From: Intoshia linei
Taxonomy: Eukaryota > Animalia > Orthonectida
Length of the DNA stretch: 64,000 bases
Reading direction: 5' to 3'
Assembly (NCBI GenBank): GCA_001642005.1
Contig: LWCA01000036.1
Coordinates: 6,068 to 70,067, forward strand
Shown in pieces: positions 40,330-54,604 of this stretch (position 1 is the first letter of the stretch; every line of letters starts with the position of its first letter). Below the pieces are notes generated by a model, which was given only the letters and a program-made list of their open reading frames with translations, made no database searches and was not told where the DNA came from. Made by a program: the position numbers and the translations under genes.

Positions 40330-42508
40330 TTATTGTTTTATCTTTTTATCCAACAATTCCATCTCTCGTAAACGCTAAATTTTAAATTTTAAACATAAAA
40401 TAAAAAATATATAAAGTATAGATGTACTAATATCATATTACACTAGCTTGACTGTTATATACTTCGTTCAGATAGCATCATAGCTCTACCGAGGGCGGAT
40501 ATTTTTATTTTACTAGAAAAATAAATTCAAAAAGAAAATTTCACCTGAAAATGCTACTACAGTGATATCTCGATATAGTCACGTTCGATTACTTAAATTT
40601 TAATTAAATATAAAAACGATAACAAAGTTTTTTTTTTAGTAATTCGTTGTTGTAGTTATAATTTATATTATTACATATCCTAGAAAAATCTGATTTTTTT
40701 TAAACAAAAGGGGAAATATGGTTTTGACCCTGAAGGACTCAAATTCTGAAACTGAAAAATGGATAAAAACACGTATTGGGAAAAACGGTATTAGAAATTG
40801 GTGTTTTTTAAATCCTGCGACGGTCAATTTTTTCAATAAATGGTTACACAAATCAACGTTTATTTTTATGTAAGTAAAGGACTAGTCAACACTAACAAAT
40901 ATTTCTTTATACTATTGATTTTATCTGGTGTAATTTTTTTTTACGATTCTAATGATAGTACACACAAAAAAAGTTTACACAGAACAGAGTAACACAGAAA
41001 TTACAATTAAACATTTTGATATTATTTAAAAATTTTTATTTATTTTAATTAAAAAATGTTTATATTTGTCGTAGCAATTTATTGTACATTATAATAATAA
41101 TGGATTCAAGTATACCTGAGAAATTTCAAAATTAATCTGATTTTTATATTTCATTTCTTTACCCATCATTTTCATTTCTTGTAAAAAATTTTCTCTTTCG
41201 TTAATTTCTTTATTTACTAAAATTAGACATTAAAAATGAACAACCAAAAGAAATTTGCTTTATTGAAAGCTTTCATACACTAGGCTTTTTTTCACTTAAC
41301 CATTTTTAACATTCTAAAATACTATTTCTTTATCTCTCTATTTATATTATAGTCACTATAATATAGTGTATGTGCCATCATGGCACATGTCAAGGTCTAA
41401 TTGTAATTCAAAATGAAATAATTTTTTACATAGTTTAAAATTATACCAAAATGTATAAAAGCGGTTTTTTACACTGCACTCCGAGTATCAATATTTTATT
41501 AACATTTTGGAAATTATAAATTACATTCATTAAATCGGAAATCGTTATCAAAATTTTCCATGCTTTTTAACTTTTCATTCAGTAATCTCTTTTTAAACTT
41601 GATTTGAGCTTCAATGTTTTTCTTTTTTACATTTTTTCCATAAACTAATAAATTTATGTAACGTTTCTTTTCGTTTTCATCCAAAGGAACTAAATTAGAA
41701 GCATTAGTACAATATTTAATCTATATACATTTTTAATTGTGTATTTATGTGTTAAGCAATCCTATGAAATCATACTTTTATTGCACCTTGGAATATATTT
41801 TTCTCGTTCATATAACCCGCCATCTATAATATCTTGTTTTTTTCGTAGTTTTGGAATGTAATTGTTTTTTTCTATTTTAGATTTTTTTAATACGATATCC
41901 TGATTATATTTTGACGAATGCGGGTTGCATCGTAATGATAAAATTTGACCATCTAATAATAGTAAATTTAATTATTTTTTCATTATTCATTTCACCTTTT
42001 ATGACATCATTAATTTGACGTCTTTGAAACATTGTTAATTTGCTTTCATTAATCAAATCTAAGACGATTAGTAATTTATATTTTTAGTATTATTATATAA
42101 AAAAATTTTCACTTTGATATTATTTTTAGGTACAGTAGTTCAAATTTAGGATTAATATTTGATATAGATACTCATGCACGGAGTTCTATGTTCTTTTTAA
42201 AAAAATCATTAAATACAAAAATGTTATATAGATTTTGAAAACCACTATGATTAATATTATTTCGTTTGTTTTTCCTTTTATATTAAATTTACAAGATTCG
42301 GAAAATAAGTTATACAATTCGTAAACATTACTGAAAAAAGGGAAGGGTCACTGATAAAATATTATCTAAAATTTTAAGCTATAAATTTAATTAATTCTTT
42401 AATCCTACCGTTCAATAGATTTTGTGTACTTTGACTATATTTACCAGTATGACTTTTTCCAGGATTCCAAAATCCTCCATTTTTTACTATTTGCGAATTG
42501 TCAGTCAT
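40330..42508 (-). CDS. C22orf23: UPF0193 protein EVG1 homolog, multi-exon, not in ORF track
   Basis: Spliced MTDNSQIVKNGGFWNPGKSHTGKYSQSTQNLLN|DLINESKLTMFQRRQINDVIK|DGQILSLRCNP...GLYEREKY...KEINERENFLQEMKMMGK...EISQ|RLREMELLDKKIKQ* matches EVG1 motifs (ESKLT, LQC.P, EI.ER.EFL..M...G, EISQKLREME). Confidence 0.88.
40442..40500 (-). mobile_element. Helitron-like 3' end, degenerate copy of 50208-50263
   Basis: Reverse complement aligns with 50208-50263 (GCCCTCGG.AGA.CTA...ACAGT.AAGCTAGT). Confidence 0.45.
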
Positions 42509-42921
42509 TTTTACATTAATATATCTTTGTTTACATATATCGTAGCATTTAATATTGAAATTAATAAATTAAATGGAGATAACACTGTTTAGTATACATT
42601 TTATTGTTACTATTTATAATATAAGTTAAAATTTTCATTTTATTTAGACTCTGCGATATGATTGTACATCTAGGTCCTCTTCACGTTCCTGGTGCAGAAG
42701 TGATTTTAAGATTAAATAATAAATAATATTGTAAAACTTTTCCTAAAAGTGTCGTTCCAATATTTCAGAATCATCAATACTGACCATGAAATATATTTTT
42801 AAAAATGTATTTTTTTGAAATAACGTAATGTATAACAAAAAATAGGCGAGTCTTTTATGAAAGATGGATCACGAAGGTTTATCAGTAGCGAACCACTGGT
42901 TTAAATTACACGTATCTACAT

Positions 42922-44737
42922 TAGAGCGTCCCACTTTTTTTATATAGAAAAAGTATACCAGGCAATGTTTCCCATTTACCTCATGGGTATTATATATAAA
43001 TTTGTAAATCATAATATTAAGGTTTGGTCAGGCGCGGACCCAATAAAATGTCAATAATATATCAGAATGAACATCAAGTTATTTATGAATATTACCTGAA
43101 TTACTATTCACGCTTTTTATAAAATGGATATTACTAAGCGTATTAAAAAAAATTTAGATTAAATAAATAATTTACAAAATCACATATCGAACCTTTATAT
43201 TTGCTTTCACTGGAAATTTAGAATATTTGTAAATTGATAAAATTACTATTTATTAATTATATAATAAAATTCTATAAACAACAAAAAAATTCGAATTAAT
43301 AACGAAGATTTTAATTTTTCTGATTTAAAATTTATTGCACCTCATACAGATGACTTACATAATAAAGATTATAAATACGGTCAAGTTGATGTTATATCAG
43401 TAAAAAAAGCCGATATGGCATCCATTATTACAAATACCTCTATTCGAAAAATAAATAAAATTTTAAAACTGTCCAACAAAGAATCAAATATACCAAGTAA
43501 AAGTGCACTATTTTATAATATAAACAAAATTTTAAAAACCGTTAAAGAAACTTTAATAAATGATGTAGCTTCGTTTAACCAGAACTTGTGTTTATATTTT
43601 GACGGCAAAAAAATAATTAGATATGACGGCCATAAAACTGACAAACTGGCTGTTTGAATTTCTAGAGAAAATTATTCAATATTTATTGCTTTACGGTCAA
43701 ATAATAGTAAGGATCTTACAATATACTAATAAATTCTAAATGTTTGGAGTTATTTAATATTAATGATAAATATCAATGGTAATTTGCGACACAAGAAGCT
43801 TCAACAACGGTATTCATCAGGGTGTAATAACTTAATTAAAACAGATTTTGCCAGAGTTTACATACGAAGATTGTCGGTTTCATATATTAAACCTTATACT
43901 TAAACATGTTTTTTATACTGTTTTTCAAGTTACTACAAATTCGTCCAATATTCCATTTTCATTTGTAACAAAACTTAAAGAAAATTTTGTTATTATAAAA
44001 TCTAAATATATCGGAGAAATTAATATAGAATACAATGCTAATTTACACCAATAAAATACCAAAAAAATCTAATTATCAAATGTAAAAAGCCAAGTGCATT
44101 TCTAATTCTCGTTGGAATGCAAAAGCATTGTATGCATGGAAATCATACATCTTAAATGTGGATAGAGCACCAGAGATGAAATAAATTTGATTTTATAGCA
44201 AATTTTTAGTCTAAATGTTGGTTTACATGCAGATTTCAAACATTTGCAGAATGGGATTCCTTAGAAGCAGAATTTCTATTAAATTATCCAACTGTAGATA
44301 AATGTTTGAACAAGCATTACCTCCGCAACAAACACTTTGAGCAGAAAGCTAAAAATTTCGTACACAATCAAAATAGCAGAACGGGTTTAAAATGCATGGA
44401 TGACTATTCCATCTGATAAAAAATTGGAACAAATGTGTATAAAAAAATATAACAATTATAATTTTTAATAATAAAATGAATTTTGATCTAATTATACGAC
44501 CATAAAGATACATCATGTTTTTGATATGATAAAATATTGACTTTTAATTCATGAAAATAAACTTATGTTCGTTTAAATTTATTATTTTTTTCAAAATAAA
44601 ATTTTCGTACTTCGCCTGACCAAATTAAAATTAAATTATAAATTAAAAGCGACATCTTACATTGTATACAAAATGGGACATACAGTCAAAAATACTTTTT
44701 AAATTTCAAACAAAAATGTTAAATTGGGACACTACTG
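42922..44737 (+). mobile_element. hATm-like DNA transposon with a degenerate transposase
   Basis: Remnant motifs LYFDGKK, CDT, CRFHILNLILKHVF, PSAFSNSRWNAKALY. Modular imperfect TIRs of ~115-130 bp (GTCCC...AAAAAGTAT...TCCCATTT...TTTGGTCAGGCG at both ends). Confidence 0.7.
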
Positions 44738-46243
44738 TGCATGTATATAAATACTAGTGTGCATTTACGTGTAGTAGTGTTCATATACGGAACATTTTAA
44801 ATTTTAATTGTATTGCACTGCATTATATCATTTTTGTACTTAAAATAGTGATTGAACATTTATTTAATTGTACTTTTATTACGTTACTGATATAATATTC
44901 TCATTGGTACATCGTAATTGTTGATTATTGCCTTTAATTTCGCAATTATTCTATTAGTTGTTCTTCTTGTTGAGTCCAATCGTGTTTGAATGTATATAAA
45001 CTCTAGATTTTAGAGTATAAATTGAAAAATTTATTAAGCAATCTTGATTTTATAGATGAAAAAACTCTTCTATAGGATTTAATTGAGGTGTATAAGGAGG
45101 TAAAAAGTGAGAAACTTTGTATGAAGTTAAAAATAGTGTTCTTGTAGATATTGATTTTTTTGTTTTGTGTGATCTGCAATTACCCATGATGACGTATTTT
45201 TATATGAATTTATTACAAAATTATCTCCCTGATCTGCCAATTTGCTCATCATTTAAATATAAATGCACAATAGTATTTATATCAGTGCACAACATTGTAA
45301 AACAAAAAATATGACATAATTAACGGTCCAACAATTAATTAAAAGAGATAATTCTGATACAGCTTATTTCAGTTGATATAAATACAAAATATTGACCCTT
45401 AAATCTACGCATTCCCGGAAAAAAATAATTTTTAATATACATTGTATTATCAACTAATATTTTTCAAATGTTGGATTAAAATTAAAAAGTAAATAATCAT
45501 CCTACAAGTTCAAAAAAAATATGTATTGAACGTCTAAACATTTCCAATAAAGAAATATGGGTGAAAATCTATATAATTCATTCCTTCGGATTTTTTTTTA
45601 TTGCTACGCAATTTTCCATTTTCAAAAAATTTAACGAAATTTATTTTAAAACTACAACTTTGTTATTACAAATTCATTTTTATATTCATTTCAATGCTTT
45701 GCAATGTTGGTAAAATGCATTTGAAATGTGTTTAAACTTCTGCGTCCGTTAATTATTATACATAATTGGTATTTATAATTGTTTATTAAATTGATAATGA
45801 ATTGTTAGATTACATTTTAATTTTTAATGTTAAAATTAGATAAGTCTGCCCTCGGCAGAGCTAGGCAAATAATATAATATAATAATACCAGACAGGTTAA
45901 TAGTGAGCATTAGCTTAGAACATTACATATTAAAGCACAATACTATGTTTGCATTGATAACATACTTAATAATACGTAGGCAGTATTTTTAATTTATTTA
46001 ATACGGGAAATGACGAAATTACTTACTTTTTCTTCAACTCTAAGCATTTAAAAATTAACCTAATAATAAATTAAAATGTTTTGTTTTATTTACAAAAGTA
46101 CACAGAATATATTACTACATTTATTTGTAACTTGCGACATCTAAATATTTCAATATATCTAAACAACCTAAACAATAAAATATGAAAAAATACTAAAATA
46201 TTAATATTGATATTCACAATTTCCACTTTCTATAACTATTATA

Positions 46244-48143
46244 ATGAACGGGTCAAGTTTGGACAAGTCCTATTCATCTGTATCCTTCGGCGGTTGCAAT
46301 TTTAAAGCTGAAAACAATGATTATAACCAAAATGACGAAAAACCTCAATTTTTTCTTGATTTTACTGATAATTCAAATAATCAGAAAAATACATTAAATT
46401 GCGTTGAAACATTTATCCACAAAAATTCAATCATAAACCATAATAATTATATAAATTCACATTTTAAAATTCCTAATATATACCAAATGCCATTAGAACA
46501 AGGTAACGATTCCGAAATAATTGCATGTTTACAATGTTTTTGCAATTTCATATCAATGTTGAAATGTCAATTAATATAAAGTAAATTTAGGTTCGAGAAA
46601 AAAAATTGAAAAAAATGGTAAATTCAGAAAAATGAGCCATTTCAATAATGTGGAAAACTTAAATAAAAATGCAGACAATTTCCGCAATAATAGATTATTA
46701 AAAAAATACCTAGAACTATTTTTGCTGATGAATACAGATGAAAAAATTAACAAGAAAAGTAAAAAAAACATCAATTATTATAACAAAAACTTTAAAATCA
46801 ATAAGATTAAGAATAAAAAAAAATTAAAATCTCAATCTCGTGAAAATTCCATAATTTCTAGATCAACAGGTAATTTTTATAATATGTTGACAGTCATGAC
46901 TAGTAGTTGAGCCCAACCTACATTGTCTGTTTTTTATGAGAATGAAAAAAATACTTATTTATGGACACAGTATTAAAGTGATTTTACTTTATTTATGATT
47001 ATAATGCTAACCTTTTTAATTTAATAGTTTTAAATATTAATCAGTTGTGAGGCGCTTACGTAGTCCAAATTTACAAAAATTATCAATCAAATAAAACATT
47101 TTTCATTAATTTTTTTTATTTATTAGGTCACATAGTCCTCTTTTTTGTAAAAAATATCTGTTGTTTAGATACAATCCAAAATATAATTACATAGAAAAAC
47201 TGAAATGAAAATAGAATTTTAAATTTTTTTAAAATTTGTCCACTCATATGGCTACTGAATCATTCTGTAACAAATAATTACTTAAATTAGTAAAAAAAGT
47301 TTCATTAAATACAAACACGTATTCCATTAAATGAAATAATTAGTAAAACGAAATTACTAAATGAATGCTACTATCCATGATTGCTATTTAGTGTTTCATT
47401 CATCGATAAATATAAAATGTTAAATAATGTAAAATCAATGTAGATTCTAGAATTATAATAGACACAACAATTGCCTCAAAAAACTACAAAACAAAATATT
47501 CTCTCAAATCAACAGCACAAATTAGTAGAAAAATTATTCCAATGTATTACTCTTCAAATTGTAACAGATTCAACGTTAAAAAATCCAATACAAATACAAA
47601 TGACATTAGTAATAACAGTGAAGTAGAAGTTTTATCAGATAAATGTTCCAATTGTGTTAAACATAGGAATGTATATCATCTGAGATATAGCCATTTGGAA
47701 TCTTCGCAAAATTGGCTGAAACGGAAAGAGAAAATACTAAAAACAGAAAAACAAAAGAAAAGAAAAAAAACAATTTATTTAAAGAATCAAAAAATTATGG
47801 AAAATAATAAAAAAATAGAAAATATAAAAAAATCTGATGCAGCAGTTAAAGAGTGGTTGTTACAAAAAAACACTGCAAATAAAAATGATAAACACTCCAA
47901 TGTGACGAAAAACGTAACCGGTAAATGTAATGAAAAGGAAGAAAATGAAATTAAAGATGTAAAACAAGGTATATAAATTCATCTTGATTATTATGAATTG
48001 ATCATGAATTACATTTTTTATTTTGTTATGTAGAAAACGATAAATCAAAAAGAAAAGTTTCATTCTCTGACAAGGTTCAATATTGCAGTCAATCTGAAGA
48101 AAAAATTATTAATCAAAAATTAAAATATTTTAATGAAGAATAA
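46244..48143 (+). CDS. Lys/Asn-rich coiled-coil protein (CCDC34/CCDC181/MAP9-like WL..K motifs) with C-terminal KRKVSF
   Basis: Exons 46244-46502, 46591-46869, 47444-47968, ~48034-48143 splice in frame with GT-AG. Contains SSQNWLKRKE and DAAVKEWLLQKN. Family assignment is tentative. Confidence 0.65.
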
Positions 48144-49277
48144 ATATTTTCCTTCCATTCTAATTTATATATTCTCCAATTCATGAGCATATGCCATAGT
48201 TTTGTCAATAACGTTTTCGTATTTCATTTCAGGATAGTCAGATTCGACTGTATCAAAATTAAACACATGGTCCCGCATGACCCATTTTTTCTAGACAGGA
48301 AATGTATATTTAAAAAAATAATCAAACCTCATTAGCGAAATGCACTGTTTCAACATCGTTAGTGAAATGTAGCATTCTGGTTGCGTCTTTCAGTTTTAAA
48401 TGAGTATATGCCTTGACAATACAAAATGATATTTGATTACTATTACTAATATTAGTTTTCGGATATTAAGGCAATTACCGCACAGTTTTTAATAAGGAAT
48501 CCATAAATATAGTATACATCTTGGATGGTACATTATGTCTCAATTGAAAAATCTAAATAAAAGTAATTTATTTAAACTAAATATTATTTATAATAGGATT
48601 GTGAAAGTTGACATTGAAAATATAAATATTAAATTGACCGTATTGTAAATATGGCCTCATCTCAATAATACTTATTGATTATTGATATCAAACGATCAAC
48701 AAATAATTAAATTTTATAATAACACGTTCCAACAAAAATATGAGATTATTAAATATTAATGCATAATTAGATCTGGATTATATGATTCAAGTTAAATAAA
48801 ATACGTTCATCAAAATTGTGTTGCTATTTGAAATTTAATTTATATTTAAGTTAATTGTATTGCCCTATATATGCTCAGTTGGTGGATTTAATTATTTATA
48901 TTTATTTATTTAACAATGAATACATGTATCATAATATATAATAATTGAATATGTCATATTATCATATTATCAATATGTATCATATTCACTTTTTGTATTT
49001 ATTGCATAATTTGTTATTTCATTTGAGTAATCCTCGTCGATCAATATAGAAGAATATCAGTTACAAAATAATATAAATCACACAAATAAAGATTTAATTT
49101 TTTCGAAAAATGTCCGGGTAAGTTTATAAAGAAAAATGTTTATAAGCACAATTACATTATCAATTATGAGCATATTAGTTTTAGAAAAAATAGGACCATT
49201 TGTTTATTTGTCATAGGGTATATTTGTTTTAGATCTGAACGCCCTGTCCCGCTCTGTTAAAATACTGAGTTGTGCAT

Positions 49278-49760
49278 TAGAGTGTCCAACTTTTTTTTAT
49301 AGAAAAAGTATACCTCGCCAATGTTTCCCATTTATCTCAAGGATGGTATATACAAATTTATAGACCATGATATTAACATTTGCTCAACCGGGGACCCGTG
49401 CATATTTAAATATAAATTAATATGAAATTGAAGTTATTTGAAATACTATTTTTATAATTATTATTATTAAAACGTATACATTTGTAATGTACATTTTAAT
49501 TGTAAATTAATCCTTTTCTCAACAAGTAGTAAACTAAACTATCTATATAACAACATCAATTGTATCTTGGATACTACACGTTTCTTAATAAATTGGATTT
49601 ATTATATAAGCTATTGCAATGAATAGAGAAAAAGTTAATTTGAATAGACTTAATAAATGTAGAGGTAAATCATATGGAATGACAACTGACAAATGCTTGA
49701 CCGACTTGTCTCGTCTACCGCAAAATAGATTCATTATTGGATGGTATCATTTTTTTCATT
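49278..49760 (+). mobile_element. Second hATm-like left end plus a possible N-terminal transposase fragment
   Basis: TAGAGTGTCCAAC...GGGGACCC aligns with 42922-43041; it is followed by ORF 49619 (...LSRLPQNRFIIGWY). Confidence 0.65.
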
Positions 49761-50207
49761 GCTACGCAAATTTCATTTTCAAAACATTCAAATTTAAAAT
49801 GAAAAACTAAACAACGAAACAAAAAACTTTGTTAATATCATTTTTATATTACAATCCTTTGCAATAATGGTAAAATTCGACTGAAATCTTTATAAATTGA
49901 AGATTCAATAATTATTGATACACAAGTTTTAGGATTGGACTGTTTTTACTTTATTTTTAATATTATACACACATTCTCTCTAATAAATTAAAAAAATGGG
50001 ATAACAATTGTATTTAAAATTCTTTACACAAATTTTAACAAACAAAAAATTAAAATGGAATAATTCAGTTTAAAGAAAAAAGTAACGTGATATGATGGTA
50101 CCACCTGAAACAAATTTGGGAACCACTCCTTTAAAGGATTGATAATAGTTAATAGATTTTTAAGTTAGATTTTACACGTGAATTTATTTTTTTGGTATAA
50201 TAAAAAT

Positions 50208-50263
50208 GTGCCCTCGGCAGATCTAGGTGCTGTTTGTACGTAGTACAAAACAGTTAAGCTAGT
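50208..50263 (+). mobile_element. Helitron-like 3' terminus (hairpin plus CTAG-T)
   Basis: Hairpin CTGTTTGTAC-GTA-GTACAAAACAG (50230-50253), then CTAGT at 50259-50263. Related sequence at 40442 and ~45846. Confidence 0.5.
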
Positions 50264-51039
50264 ATAATTATATATTTAAAAGTGCTAAAATAAAAAAATC
50301 ATTATTATAAACCTTGTTATAACTACCTTCCATCATGTATTGTTCAATATGAAGAGGATGTTGTAAATAACAATCACTGAGAAGTTTATCGATGGGTAAT
50401 GTATCGATTTCCTAAAAATATTAATAATTTAAAATACATGAATTTTCTGTTAAACTGTCATCTCAGATCGAAATATATTTTATAATTTTGAATTGTATTT
50501 TTATGATATTAATACATCTAAATTATATTAGACTAATAAAGACTCGAAAAAGATAAGAAATGCAATCTACAACTAGTTAAAAGATTAGTTGCACCCATAC
50601 CACTAGAAAAGTTATTGTTTGATATACAAAGAAACATTTACAGATAACCAAATACAATGAATAGAAGACGTATAATAAAAAATTATAAACCAGAAAACCG
50701 AATAACCGACAATTTCAATCATGTGATCGACAACGAAATTATATAATAATGTTTATAATACTTATAATATCAAAATAAAAAAGTTCACGTTGAAAGAATC
50801 TATTTTATATTGAATAGTTCATGGAATGATATAAAAACATCAGCTATAATCAAATCATGAAAACCAATATTGGTACCTAAAAAATTACATGTAGATTTTC
50901 AAATTGATGAAATTATATTCGATAATTATCTATTATTATAATAGGTATGATTATCTTTTAGTTGTTTATCTAATTTTTAAATTTCAGTCACAGACTACTA
51001 AGAATTTAAAAAACTGGCTCTCTTTCAGAAACATTAAAT

Positions 51040-52064
51040 ATTATAATTTTTTAGGTACACGGAATTTGTTGAATATAAATCGTACAGCGATCAAGATATA
51101 ATAAGTATTGTGAATAATGATCAATGTATGGCGGAAGAATTGCTAGACAATACAATGGAATCAATAGATGTTAACGAAGCAATTTCCGGTGTTTCACAAG
51201 TAATAAGCTTTGCAGAATTAAATAATTGTGATCTAGATTCTAGATTCTAGAAGACATAATTATGTTGAGAAAATTTCGAGAAACATTGTCTGTAATTCGG
51301 GAAATTGTTTGACTCGTTTTGTGTCTCTTTATGATAGTATTGTAGAATTTTTTAAAAGACAGGGAGATGAAAAATTATACAAACAAATTAAATTGAATAG
51401 GAACAATATATATTATTTTTCTTTTATTTTTGGTAAATTAAATAATGCTCCCTGTGTTGCAAAGGGACACTTATCACATTAATAGACTGTAAACGTGTTC
51501 TAAAAGCATTCAAGGAAAAAATTATAGTTTTTCGCAGAATTATGAAAGATAAAAATTTTGATAATATGCTGGATATACCAAATTCCATATCTGATGAAGA
51601 CATTGCATTATTGCTATCATTTGGTAAGATTTAAAGCAGACTTTAAGGCTAGATTCAAGGATTTATTTAATTTACAAATTTATTCATAGATGATAGATTC
51701 ATTTAACTGCAGCATTAATGATGCCCACTGTACAGTTGTTGAAGAATTAATAGAATTGCAATGCGACAAAGAAGCCAAGTACCCTTTTGAGAAAGGTGGA
51801 AATTTTTCATTGTGGGGATGTGAGCCTTCAAAATCATTTTATCCACTGATGCATTCAGAAATGTCAAGGATATTATTGTGTTTTCCAACCTCTTATATGG
51901 TTGAAAGTGGATTCAGTTCTGTTAATAAAATATTGACTAAAGATGAAAACCAAATTAATATTTGTCAAAGAAAAGATATTGTTATGAAATTAACCAGAAT
52001 AAAACCAAAAATTAAACATTTGGCACTCAATACCCAAGCGCAAAAATCACATGGAAATAAATAA
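51040..52064 (+). mobile_element. Charlie/Buster (ZBED8/SCAND3-like) hAT transposase pseudogene
   Basis: RGNCLTRF-like region near 51300, EELIELQCD, dimerization motif FPTSYMVESGFSSV, and C-terminal QAQKSH; frameshifts and stops upstream. Confidence 0.85.
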
Positions 52065-53671
52065 CACATTTTTATCAATCTTTTTTTATAATTTACCCAT
52101 CGATTATCTCCAAAATTAAATGTCCTACATTAATTGTGTTTTTTTTAATACATTATTATTAATTATTAATTAATTAATAATCAATCTACACACTTAAAAA
52201 ATCTATTTTCAAAACAATGAGTATATTTAAACTAACAAAAGTCAATATTTTAATAGATATTCGTATATTTTCGAAATTCTTAAGTAATTATACAATGATT
52301 CGATATTATTCGTAATAGCTAAGTATTTCGTGTATAATTAGCTTATTCATCCAATATTATCAAAATTTCCTAATCAAGTGTATTTATCTACTGATTTGCT
52401 TAAATACAATCGCCTAAAATGCTCGATAATTTGATATATAATTTAATAAGTTCTATATCTATAAATTTAGTCACAATGCCGATATTGTTCCACTAACCGC
52501 AAAACTTTCAAGAACTATTATAGTAACACTCTGTGTCCCGCATCAGTAAGAAGACTAGTGTTCTTTAATAGTTTATGTAAAACTTGCCAAACCGTCGAAT
52601 TCAGCTACAGATGGATTGCAATGACAATGGATAAATCGTCTACAATTCATACTGGAAGGATTTTTTCGATTTATACACTACTTAAGTGTTATATTATATA
52701 CTATAGTTTTATATCGACCCAAAAGTATCATCTGGTTATAATGCTATTGGAGGGTCTATCTCTACCTGCAACTTGGTAAGTGTTCTTAATGATTCTACCA
52801 AGATTGTAAAACGAGATCGCAGATGTTTTGTAGCTACGGGTACATAAACGACCAAAGCTTTTATTAAGAGAAGTGACAAAGGTACTGACATGAACAATTG
52901 TTCTAGTAATGTACAACCAGTGTCCGATGACTACAAGTCAGAAATCGGTGACATGACTTACTATACAATAAGCGATAACATAGATTTAGAAACTAAGGAT
53001 CTATTAGTTCTAAATGTAGGTACAAACACGCCAGTACAGATTAATGAGACTGTGGTGTCGAAGGAAACTTTTTCCAATGATGGAAAAGTAGAACCAACAA
53101 CCGGAAAAACCGACGAAAATAAAGTCGAAAACTCTGCGGTCGTGACCAGATCTTGAACAACTAGACATACATGATTATGTTGCGGTTGAGAAAGATTGTG
53201 GGATGACATAAAAACAATAAAGATTGTACAACATTGGAGTAGTCTTAGAGGGGTTCTTGAACAAAGTTAAAAATAAAAATTGCATCGTACGCGTACATAA
53301 TAGCGACGTTAGAGACATTATAAGTGTAGACGATTCTTCAGTTGCTATATTGACTATGAAATTATCCGATGATAATGTTCTCAAGACGGTGAAAAATTTG
53401 TCTCAAAAAAGAAAAACAAAAAAGACAAAACGGCGATTAGTACTGTATCTAATTGTAAAACCATCGATACTGTAAATTCTACTAAAGGAGATTATAAAAA
53501 AATACGTAATCTAAAGAATAAGGAATTCTTGAAAAGTGTCGTTAATGACGATTTCAAAATCGTTAAAAACAATAACCGTGCTAAATCAAGTTCAACGAAA
53601 CAATCAAAAGATCATGTTCTTACAGTTACGAAATTGCTAAGTAATAATCATCTTCATAAAAGAACTTACAA

Positions 53672-54604
53672 TGTAAATGACGTAGCATCCAAAAAGATAT
53701 TAAAATCTATACGCGATATCATATATATACGTGAGTACGCGATAATATACGGTATCATTGAAGATAGTATACGTGCAGTAAGATTAAGTGATTTCCCACC
53801 TTTCGTTACTAAATTTTTTACGAAAGAAAAAAACGAAAAATTTTTATTAAAATTTTTAAAATATTACTGACATTAAAACGTTACACCTCCCTCCCAGTTT
53901 TGATGTGAGGTCATTAATCAAAATCAAGTTTGGAATAATAATAATTATCCGTCAGCCATTTCGGCGTATGTATTTATCTTCGAAGTCGACCATTTTAAGT
54001 AGGAGTATGATGAATATAATTATTGTGATTCCTGTTCTGAGATACACATTAGGAGGATATTCAGTTCATTCATTTGTTCATTCAATTCCGTATTTAATAG
54101 TAAATATTGCTGTTGCAATTTATGAGTAATAGGTTCATTTTTAATATAATTTTTAAAATGTACAGTGGGTTTTTTGGTACATGCGAAATTACGCTTTACG
54201 CGTTTGTGATAATTAATTTTATATTTATTAGCGTTATCTATTGTGCTCTAACGAAAAATATTATCTGTCAATTGAGAACGAGGAATGAAAGGCATTGAAA
54301 AGCTGCGACCAAATATTTATTGAGATGGTGAATATTTATTTTTTTCTGTAGACATATTTTTAATGTCAATGAGAATTTTCACGATTTGTTTGTCCCAATT
54401 ATCATTGTTTTTGTTAACCAAACATCTTATCTTATCTTTAATAGTACGATTCATACGTTCGACTAAACCTACTCCTTCATGGTGATATGAAGCCGTAAAC
54501 GTTTTATGTATTCCTAAGTCAGAACATAAACTTTTTATAATATTTGAATCAAATTGTGTGATTAAATCAGAATGAATGTGATTTGGGACTCCATAACGAG
54601 CCAC
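53672..54604 (-). mobile_element. Gypsy-like LTR retrotransposon 3' remnant (integrase core, PPT, start of 3' LTR)
   Basis: RYGVPNHIHSD...QF...LGIHKTFTASYHHEGVGLVERMNRTIK (rve). Purine tract GGGAGGGAGG (53895-53886) immediately followed by TGTAAC at 53885. LTR far end uncertain. Confidence 0.8.
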
